From the human T2T-CHM13v2.0 reference genome, Homo sapiens: DNA of 64,000 nucleotides. The DNA lies in the NCBI GenBank assembly GCA_009914755.4, contig CP068257.2, positions 34,112,001-34,176,000 on the forward strand, in the 5' to 3' direction. Position numbers and translations under genes: made by a program. Position 1 is the stretch's first letter, and the number at the start of each line of letters is the position of its first letter. The notes under the pieces were generated by a model that worked only from the letters and a program-made list of their open reading frames with translations, was not told the DNA's origin and made no database searches. Below are positions 13,873-23,770 of the stretch, one piece after another.

Positions 13873-15556
13873 CACAATGGCAAAAACAATAATCCTTCTT
13901 CAAGCCTAAGTTTCACACATATCAGCAATATTGGCATAAGAAGCAGATTTTGTAAAACTGCAATTCAGTTTTACAAAATCTAGGCTCTCTCACCTTTCCC
14001 AACTATGCTTTTCCTCTCCATGACAATGTCTACGTCTGTGACTTCCGTGAACAACTGCTGAGATGCAGGGTTGACTTCCAGATCTTCAATTCCAGCCTCA
14101 ACCTCTCTCCTGGGCCTGCAAGTCATATGCCACTGCCTGTGAGGAGCTGACACTTGGGTATCTCAAACTTGGGCACTTCAACCTCAGCGCATTCAAACCT
14201 ATGCTCGTCAACTCACTCCAGACCTGCTCTTCCTTCAAGTTCTCCTGGTCAGTTAGAGACATTACCACCTTTCTTGGTGCTCCAGCTAAACATCAGGGCA
14301 TCACCAACCCCATATCTGATCCCCCTCCAAATCTCATTGATTCTGTCTCCTGTGTTCTCAAATCCACACACTGATATTACCTCATCCAGCCAACTCTGAT
14401 TCCTCTTCTGCACAATAACTTTCTAACTGGCCCCTCTGCATCCATTCTTGTCCCTGAATTACCCATTCTTCCCTCTGCAGCCAAAAGTACTTAAATATCC
14501 TTTCCCTTATTCATTCGACAAATATTTATGAAGTATCTATCACAAGTTAGGGCACCATGCCAAGTACAGTATATAGTGGTGAGCAAAAGAGCTGTAGCTC
14601 CCATCTTCATGGAGTAGACATGAATCTGATTGTCATCTCTGTGCTTAGTATCTGCGGCTTGCAGAAGACAGCCCCCAAAGATGTCCACGTCCTCATGGAA
14701 CGGGGGCACAAGCTAAAACATGCAAGCAGCCAGCAAAAGCTGGAAAAGACAAGAAAAAGTATCCTCCTGTAGAGCTTCCTGAAAGAACACAGCACTGCCA
14801 ACACCTTGATCCTAGCCCAGTGAGACCCAGTTTGGACTTAGACTCTCTAGAACTATGCTGTTTTAAGCCACAAAGTATATGATAATTAGGACAACCATAG
14901 AAAACTAATATGTTGGTTTACTAATATTCATAGTATCAAAACAGCACAGTATCCTTCAATAGCTTCCCAGTGCCTTTGGGATAAAGCAGAATCCTTAGCA
15001 AGGATGGCAAGGCTCTTGTGAACTGCCCTGCCAGCCACAGCCTCACCTGGCCACTCTCATTTCCTCTGTCCACTGCCAGAAAGCTAAACTGCTTCCAGCT
15101 CTCAAAGGAGCTCTTCTTTCTGAGCCTGGAACAAACTCTTCCCACTTCCTGGAACACCCCCTCCCTTCCTCCCTGCTTTATCTGCTGCACACCTACTCCC
15201 AACTTCAACCTTCAAGTTAAAGACCCTCAGCCTGTTCATGTTAGAGGTGCCCATGCTCCCTTTACTTACCTGTTCACACCTGTCTCTGTATGTTTTAATG
15301 TCTCTAATCCCCACTTAATTAAAAACTAGAGGGCAGAGTCTAGGATTCTCTTATTCACCATCGTGAATGCCTACGATGGTGGGCACTCAACACAAATTTT
15401 CAAAATGTATGAATGCACCAATAAGGGACAAAAGGTAAGTTTCTCTTTCATCTAAAGCATAGTTCCCATTGTGTACATCTGGCCACTTGTCATACTCAAA
15501 CAGCTGCTTTATCATCCAAAATCGTTTTGACATCTTAAATTTTGATTGCTTTACCT

Positions 15557-15558
<2 letters not shown>

Positions 15559-15609
<51 letters not shown>
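15559..15609. repeat. (CA)n dinucleotide microsatellite, ~25 uninterrupted repeats
   Basis: Read directly from the sequence: acacac... continues uninterrupted for 51 bp. Confidence 0.98.
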
Positions 15610-15612
<3 letters not shown>

Positions 15613-16804
15613 CCCTCCACTGTTATGCATCTTATTTTTTACACATTGCACTTTTAAGTTTTTATCTGGTGACATTTTCTCACCTTCTAGCATCACCTGC
15701 AAGGTGCAGCTACACTTCCTGGGTCCCTGTATTCATTCATTCCAAGCAGATCACCAATCATCAAACACAATATGACCAGTCATGGGCAATATCTAAAATA
15801 GCCATTAGCCAGTGGCCCCTCAGAATCACTTTACCCCTCTAGGAAGATGGCGCTTCCAACCTCCCATGGCCAAGCGTTCACATGGAACGTCTGCTGTGGT
15901 GGAGAAAAGTGCATACAAGGAAGTGGACTCCTCCCATTGTGTCCACTCAGCACCTCCTCCAGTAGGGACCTCATCTCCTTTCTGAGGACTCTTCTCCCTT
16001 CCCCCACTACACCTGTGAATACAAGGTGAGGCACCTTTGTGGCCACATTTCAGGCCAACTACAACAGCTCCCTGGAAAATTTAAAACTGAGAAAGAGATG
16101 CTGCTCTCTCCCATTTCCAACAGTTTGCACCAAAGAAGCTAAAAGAAGAAGCTAAAGTCCAGGAGGAAGCGAGAGAGGGAGGAATAAACCAAGGCAGAGA
16201 AGGAGAGGATTATTTCTGAGGTTCATTCCTCAGATTGGGAGTGACCCAATCTCACCCTTGGGTTCCATGAGGCAGCCCAACATCCATTTAGCACATTCTC
16301 CTTTTTGCCTTAGCTTTTTAAGTTGTGTTTTCATCACTTACAACTAACATGTTGTAAACCTTTGTAAACCCTCATAAACCACAGCAAAAAGTGAGTCCAT
16401 CTATGGCTGTACAGAAGCTCGCTTCATATGCAAAGTGAACCATGTGCCAGGTAGCAGCATACTCTCTCTCAGAGAATGCAAGATCATCATTCATCCATCT
16501 TACTGTAGGAAGTGCAGACCTTACTACAAGAGACTCTGGCCCCACTTGGTGTTCCCAGTTCTTGACACCACAGCGAGAAAGAATCCAGGGATGAGTCAGA
16601 ATGAATGAAAGGCAAGAAGCTTTTATTGCAAAGCGAAAGTACACACTCAACAGTGGGCGCGCAAGCGTTCTCAGGAGACTGAGTCACGCACAACACAGGT
16701 GGGGTTTCACATTTCTAATTTTACGAGCTCTTCTAATTAGAGGTGGAATATTCACGACATTTTCTAGGAAAAGGGTGGGGACTTTTTAGAATTGAGGTCC
16801 CACC

Positions 16805-17073
16805 CTTTTTTTGTTTGTTTGTTTGTTTGGAGTGCAGTGGTGCCATCTCGGCTCACAGCAACCTCTGCCTCCAGGATTCAAGTGATTCTTCTACCTCAGC
16901 CTCCGGAGTAGCTGGGATTAGAGGTGCATGCCACCACGCCTGGCTAATTTTTAATTTTTGTATTTTCAGTAGAGACAGGGTTTCATCAGGTTGGCCAGGC
17001 TGGTCTCGAACTCCTGACCTCAGGTGATCCGCCCTCCTCAGCCTCCCACAGTGCTGGGATTACAGGAGTGAGC
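16805..17073 (-). mobile_element. Alu, minus orientation, 3' end slightly truncated, (TTTG)n tail
   Basis: The tail tttttttgtttgtttgtttgtttg is followed by gagtgcagtggtgccatctcggctcac and ends cccacagtgctgggattacaggagtgagccaccgtgccc. Confidence 0.9.
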
Positions 17074-20000
17074 CACCGTGCCCTGTCACCACCCATTTTT
17101 ATACTAAATATGGGCATGCTCAGCCCTTGGTCATGTTCACTAGTGGGTGTGTGATTTAGTGTGGTAATGAGCATATAATTAGGTATGAGGTAGGGCATAC
17201 GGGCAAATCCAATGCCATGTTGGATCTAGCCAGGTTCAACCAGCTTAGCCCTCACCCTGCTTGTGAGGGTCTTATCAGCCCAAGCTCATCCTTGTCCTTG
17301 TAGCTAATTCTAACAGCTCCTTTCTTGCTGCTGTGTGAAATTGCTGCTTGATATTTTCCCACTTCTCTGGTGACCACCCAGCATTCTTATTTTATGGGTG
17401 TTTCTTTAATTAGGAAATGGAATAATCATTAGATATTCTGGAAAAAGAGGGAATTTCAGGGACCCCTGTTTACCAATCCCTTTCTCCCTTATTTGGATTT
17501 GCCTGGAAGAGACACGGACCTGTCACCCTGACCAGGGTTTTGGCCATTTTCTCTCCCTTATTTTGGGTTTTCTGTTATCCTGCAGCTTCTTTGGCTATTA
17601 GAAATGTGTTTCAACAGTCTAAACTAGAACTAAGTATAACGTGATAATGCCCCAAAAGTAGAGTGTTGGGGACGGAGAAGACCGATGCAAATAATGATGA
17701 TAACTTTAATGATAAATTAGTGGTGCATATGTGTAACAGACACATCTAAACTGAGTTAATGTGGAGACAAGGTAGAGAGATGTTGCCTCCAGTCTTGAAG
17801 CCCATCCAGCCAGTTTCTGTTGCAAAAAAAGTCCTCAGTCAAGTTAAATGAAGGAATGAAAATGAGATGAGAAGAGAGATGGCAGCACCAATTCTCCTCC
17901 TTCTTCTCTTCCAGTCTTAACATTCTGCACCCCATTCCTTGTTATTTATTTTCAAGGAAAACTTGAATTTTGAATAGCCAAGTTTTCTTTGCTTACCATG
18001 CACATTAAGGTATGACTCTGGGCAGCCCAGGACAATAGCTCCGAATCCTGTGCTTTCCAGTGCCTTAGAGAAACACACACTGGACCTCCATGGATACAAT
18101 GGGAAAACAGCAGGATTGAGAGCAGGTCCAGACTGCCATAGTCTCAAGGCTCTGCTTCTAAGATCTGCAGAATCACACAGGGAAACGCTATGGGACTCTA
18201 AGGCTTCATGATACTCCTGACTGGGAAGCCAAACTCTCCTCCTGATCAGACTCAGGTCACCTCCTGTAGCCACTCTCAGCATTCCAGTACAATTCCCACT
18301 ACAGAAGCACACCTCACTAGAGCAACAGAGAACTTAGCCCTTCCCAGAACACAAGAATCTGAGGACAAGTTCACTCCTCAGATGTGTTGATCTAAGGCAA
18401 AACATTGTCTGTGCGCCCCCCAATGCACACTCCTCACCACCATCTCATTTTTTATTTTGGTGTGTCTCAAAGAAAAATTTAACCTCAATGGCACCTGTGA
18501 AGAAGAAGAAAAGTCACAAGTGGAAGGAGTGGAAGTAGGAAAAAAATGGAATAGAAATGGTAGCTCAAAGACGCATGAATGAGCCCTAAATTAATTTTCA
18601 CATTAGCTGGAGCACCACGCATTTATAGAGTTACAACCCATCCACCAGCAGCAACACGGGGCTCCACTGCCTCCCCAGGGTAATATCATCTATTTACCAT
18701 GACAAAAAGATCTGTCTCAAACAAGGAGCTAGTTTGGATGTTAGTCACTTCCAAATATCAGTTTGATAGCATTATAATGGACTAAGTGTTGATTTCAGCT
18801 CATTGGTAAACCGAACACTTCATAGAGTCATTTGAAACAGAAAAATTAAGCAGGTAAATGTTGGGATAAAAAAAAAATTAACAAATCTTCAAATAGGAAA
18901 TGCATTTATTAAATTAATTGCGTAGGAAAATGACAGAAAAGGTAGGAAGAGAGAAAGGACATTTCCCTAGACACAAAATGTCTTAGAGGCCTGGAGCAGG
19001 ACACTCGAGCCTAAAATAACTCTCGATTCCTTAGGTTCCATGTCTTTTAGCAGAAGCTAACTTTTCTGGCTCAGAGTGTATAACTGAACTCCAGTGTGAA
19101 ATATTGAAAGAAAATGACTACAGAGGACCTATTTAGACATTCCTGGCAAGAGCCAGGTTAGAGGAGAGGAGGGAAAGGGCTGTTTATCTTGACAGAGGAT
19201 TTCCTTACCAGAACATGGAAAACATTCTTTTTGTCAAATATGGTTAATAGTCACCCAGTAACACAAAGAGCAGTTTCAGTAGCTTAACATCAACATGGGG
19301 TGACTGGGAAAGCTGACCGTGCCCCAGCAGATGGAACATGTGCTAACTCACAGCCATGTCTTGGATGGGGACAGTGTTGTTGATGAGTGCATAGGAAAAA
19401 TATCATTAGCTAGTACACTTTCCACCAAGGAAAATGTTGTCACCTACTTACTAGGTAATGTAGACATGCCCAACCAAAAATGAGGCAAGCAGCAATATTA
19501 ACACATCCTCAAAATGCCTTGAAAGACCCGGCTGCCTTTTCAAATAGGAAGAACAGAGGATGCCCTCACACATACAACTTCCCCATTCTGATGGGAATGA
19601 CTGACTTTTTGTAGCATTGCAACCAACTCCCTCGCTAAGCTCTGTGGGTATTTCCCCTGGAGGTTGAGGCCTCTGAACAGAACATCTGTGATGAGAACAG
19701 TATGGAGTAATGGAAACATCTTGGATTTTAGACTTGGTTATGTAGCTTCTAGCCCTGAGTCTGCCACTGACTGGGTTTTCTGAAACAATTCAGAGTCTCT
19801 CTGGGCCACAGTTTCCTGAAAACCTTCTCAATTCCAATATGTAAAAAGACAGTCACAGAGATAGAAACCCTCTTAAAGGTTATGTATATTAGAGATAAAG
19901 CCCTGAGCTAACCTTCTAGTTTCAAGTCAAATATCAATATTAAGGTTTGGTTTTGTTTTCAAAGACATCCAACATTTTTGTTTCATTCTTCAGGTTTCAG

Positions 20001-20996
20001 AATTAGCTCAAGGAACTTTTATATGTGGTTCATCGTATTTGCTCTTTCCTCCATCCACACCTCTTAAGGCACAGTTTTCTGTATCTTCTCTCTACATGAC
20101 CCCAAATTAAATAAATAAATAAATATGAATTTTGTTCTCAAATTCTTTGACATTCTAATTATCTAAAATGCTCTTCTTTTATACCTGAGGTTTTTTTTAA
20201 AAAAAAGGGTCATTACTACTTCTTACTTGAGAATTATGCAAATTTGGGGAGAGATTTTATATTTTTTTCTGCAAATAAGAATAAGAATATTGTGATGTGT
20301 GTGGTGTGCTTATTTCCCTGAGAATCTGAGCAATTATGAGTTCATTTTGAGTTTTTTCATTCAAATAACAAAAGCTGGAAGCAGTAAACTCTAAAACCAG
20401 AAAAGTACTTGGGAATATCATGAGCTTGTGTTTGGTTTAGTAGACTGCAATATGGTCAATATACTTTGTATCTGTTCCCATCAAGAGACTGAGTCTATTT
20501 CCCTGTCTCTTTAATCTAGCCGTGTGTCTTGCTCTCGCAAATAAAAGGCAGCAGAAGTGCTATTTGGCCACTTCTCATGGGAACTTCTCAGCTTTGTCCT
20601 CTAGAGGTCTTGTAGATACTGTCTGATGCTTTAACAATCCTGCCACCACCTGAACAAGCCCCTAATAGCTTACTGAAAGATGAGAGACCTTTGGCAGTCA
20701 CTCCCTCACCTCAGCCTCTAACCAACCAACTACCAATCGAGTGAATGAAGCTACTGGGACTGGCCAGCACAAGCTGACCCACAAAATGACCACACACTCA
20801 CAAGCAAGCCCAGCCAACATCAGCTGAGCTCAAATCAGACCAAAAGAACCACCTAGCAGAATCATAAGCTAACCAAATGGTTGTTGTTTGAAGCCATTTG
20901 ATTTTGGGATTGTTTCTTATGCAGCAAATACTAACTGATACACCCAGTTTGTTTTTAACAAAGGCTAATCTAAGCATCATTCTGCATTATGTTTTA

Positions 20997-21131
20997 TTTA
21001 TTTATTTATTTAGAGATAGGGTCTCGCTATCTGGGCAATAGCCCAGCGTGGTCTTGAAATGCTGATCTCAAGCCAGCCTCCTACCTCAACCTCCTGAAGT
21101 ATAAGATTACAGACAAGTCACCACGCCCAGC
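20997..21131 (-). mobile_element. free Alu monomer (FLAM-like), minus orientation, with perfect 15-bp TSD CTGCATTATGTTTTA
   Basis: A (TTTA)n tail is followed by gagatagggtctcgctatctgggcaatagcccagcgtggtcttgaaatgctgatctcaagccagcctcctacctcaacctcc...accacgcccagc, which is about 120 bp, a single Alu arm. The direct repeat ctgcattatgtttta is present at 20982-20996 and again at 21132-21146. Confidence 0.85.
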
Positions 21132-21354
21132 CTGCATTATGTTTTAGATAATATAAAGTAAGTAGTATGTTCTCAGTAACCCCCTTTTATCTTGCCTTTT
21201 CTTTGCCCTCAGCACACAGCACTCTCTCCAGATACTGCCATATTCTGCCATCCTCAGTATTCCTGTCCCAAGAGAAACTATTTAATAAAATCGATTTGAG
21301 CAAATACATGAACAGATAGAGTATTTTCAGATGCATTATCTCATTATATTTCAT

Positions 21355-21480
21355 TTTATTTTCACAACAACCCATGAAGTGATAAACATCATTCCCATTT
21401 TACAGATAAGGAAACCGCAGCTCAGAAAGGAAAAAGCTTGTCCATGGCCACTAAACTAGTAAGCAGTCTCTCACCTCCAA
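21355..21480 (-). mobile_element. MIR fragment
   Basis: The stretch tcattcccattttacagataaggaaaccgcagctcagaaagg...ctagtaagcag matches the MIR core in reverse orientation. Confidence 0.55.
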
Positions 21481-21873
21481 ACCTTATAGTTCCCTACCCA
21501 TCACACTTCCACCTCAAGTTTCTCTCCATCTAAGATACTGGCATTTCAAAAGAAAAGAATTTGCATTCCTGGAGGAGAGGCTCCTTGCCACCAACCCTAT
21601 TGAAAATTCATACATTAATAGTAGATTACAGAAAACATTTTGGAGAGGTCATTCCTGATGTTCCTCAAATTACAATTTATATTCCTCAAATGTAAAAGAG
21701 TGCAAGCTCCTCCTCTGTCAGAGACCCAAAGAAAGGAATCCATTTAAGCAGTATGTCCTTTAGTTACACACTCAGAATATGACTGTGCACCACTGTTTGA
21801 CTGAAGGATAATTTAAGGACATTTCTTTAAGGATGTCATTATTGCCTCCATTTAATGACTGTTAGCCTAAGCC

Positions 21874-22066
21874 TGTGGTTCTCAAAGTGTGGATCTAGGA
21901 CCAACAGCATCAGCTCCACCTGGAAACTTTTGAAACTACAAGTTCTAAGGCCCCACCCCAGGCCCACTGAATCAAACCTCTGGAGATGGGGTTGAGCTGT
22001 GTGTTTTTTAACAAGCCCTCCACATTACTAGGAAGCATGCTTAGAAGTGAGGAGTGAGAACTCCAT
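21874..22066 (+). mobile_element. MER5-like hAT-Charlie nonautonomous DNA transposon
   Basis: The sequence ctgtggttctcaaagtgtgg...ccaacagcatcagctccacctggaaac...ggccccaccccaggcccactgaatcaaa...tgtgttttttaacaagccctcca matches my recollection of the MER5A consensus (cagtggttctcaaagtgtggtcc...cagcatcacctgggaac...ccccaccccagacctactgaatcag...). Confidence 0.7.
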
Positions 22067-22097
22067 GACAATTGCTCAATCCACTGACTTCATAGAG

Positions 22098-22303
22098 TAG
22101 GGGCTGGTAAACTGCAGCCCATGGGCCAAGTCCAGCCAGCCACCTGCTTTTTGTAAATAAAGTTTTATTGGCACACAGAAGTCAGTTTGCTTCCATACCA
22201 CACCACAAGAGCAAAGTTAAGAAGTTGAGACTGAGACCATATGGTCCACAAAAGCAAAAATAGTTACAATCTGGCCCTTTACAGAAAGAGTTTATCAACT
22301 GCT
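22098..22303. mobile_element. second hAT-type MITE (family name not resolved) immediately adjacent to the MER5-like copy
   Basis: Starts ggggctggtaaactgcagcccatgggccaag, contains tttttgtaaataaagttttattggcacacag, and ends catatggtccacaaaagcaaaaatagttacaatctggccctttacagaaagagtttatcaactgctg. This matches a common human MITE with CAGGGG...CCCCTG termini and the core ctggccctttacagaaaaagtttgc. Confidence 0.55.
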
Positions 22304-23470
22304 GTCCTGGGGGTTGACTACATTCAGGTGCAATGGATAAGAACATAGGTTTTATATTCAGACAATATAAGGTTTAATACCAATCTTCACAATTTACTAA
22401 GTGGCCTACCATGAGAAGTTTCTTAATTGCTCTAAGTAGGACTGCATTTCTTCCTCCTCTATACACTGGAGACAGTCAACTTGTAAGGTTGTTGAAAAGA
22501 TGAGATGAGATTGTGTGTATGAAGTGCTGAACAAAGAACATACTGCAGATTCAATGAGTGGCTTTGCACTCATCTCTGTAAATAAACACAGTATCTATCT
22601 CCTTAAGGCATCATGTGAACAACCGGAAAGCTGTGCATTTGGAGTGGATGCTGGGATGCACCCACCTCAGATCCCCTTCAATAAAGGACTAGTAGCCCCA
22701 GCTGCAGTCAGTGTCCACAGAAGCCTTCAGTTCCCAGGGCCTGCAGGAGTGGCCTCAGAGGCCTCAGTCATGCCCTTCCTGATTGATTGGGAAGGAGTAT
22801 AAAAGCCTGGCCATCTTAGCTCCAGTCAGAACTCTGAGGTTCATTTGAGCTCCAGAGTCCCCTGTGGGGCTGACTGAGGCTGCAACTCAACTTCTTTCCT
22901 GCCCACTCCTGCCCCCATCCAACAGGTGTTGCTTCCAGCCCGAGGACTCTCCCCAGTGAACGTGCTGCATGCCAAGGTCTGCCCTCTTAGTGAGCCCAAC
23001 CATGACATCTCAAGACTTGGAGAAAATGTCTAGAACTGTCTGACATAAAATGCCATGATATTCCCATGGCAATAAGCCTCGAAGATAAAGGTCTAGGAAA
23101 GTGGGGAGAGGTTTTTGAGAATTTCCACTGGAGGGTGCTGTCTTTGGTGGACAAAGTTATATTTCCATGGTGGTAGTAGTTGCAATAAGAAAAACCTGAG
23201 TTCTCTGGTGCACCGATTACGGAGATGTTTAAACTCATCTTTATAGCTCAGTGCCCTGGGCAGCTACCCAGCTGGCCCATCCCATAACCCATCTCTGATT
23301 CCAAAAGCTCCTTCAAGTCTTGGTAGATAGGAAACAGGGCATCAAAATGACACCTAAGTCCAGCCCAAGGAAAACACTAGGTTGTTGCAGAGGAGAAGCA
23401 GCAACCAGGGTAGATGCTGAGTAAAGACCTTCTGATGTGTAACCAGGCTTATCCCCAGAAAGGGGGTTAA

Positions 23471-23516
23471 GTGTGATGGTGATAACCCCACTAGTGTGGG
23501 GTTATCAGCATCACAC
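23471..23516. repeat. near-perfect 46-bp palindrome (21-bp arms, 1 mismatch, 4-bp spacer)
   Basis: The left arm gtgtgatggtgataaccccac, spacer tagt, and right arm gtggggttatcagcatcacac. The right arm is the reverse complement of the left except for one G/C position. Confidence 0.9.
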
Positions 23517-23559
23517 TAGTGCCCACCTGGGTGGACTTTCGGTAGACAATCTCCATTTT

Positions 23560-23770
23560 AAAAAAGAAGAAAAAGAAGGAGAAGAAGAGGAAAAAGGAAG
23601 AGGAGTACCAGAAGGAGAAGGAAAAGAAGAAGAAATGGAGATAAGGAAGAAAAAAAGAAGGAAAAGAGGAAGGAACTAGGAAGGGAAGGTGGGGAAAAGG
23701 AAGAAAGGGGAAAGATAGGGAAGGAGGGAGAGAAGACGTGAGGGAATGGGGAGAGAGGAAAAAAAGTAGA
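23560..23770. repeat. purine-rich (GA/GAA/GGA) low-complexity tract, ~210 bp
   Basis: The sequence aagaagaaaaagaaggagaagaagaggaaaaaggaagaggag...gaaggagggagagaag is more than 90% purine on the + strand. Confidence 0.9.

Noticed and set aside
16560-16800. CpG-containing stretch (agtgggcgcgcaagcgttctc...) as a CpG island or promoter
   Set aside because: There are only a handful of CpGs over ~60 bp with no sustained GC-richness. This is far short of CpG-island criteria, and it is probably part of an unrecognised old repeat next to the Alu at 16805.
17917-18312. 131-aa ORF on minus strand
   Set aside because: It shows no recognisable protein features, and in a human genomic context an isolated 393-nt ORF is expected by chance. 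Without splice or conservation evidence I cannot call an exon.
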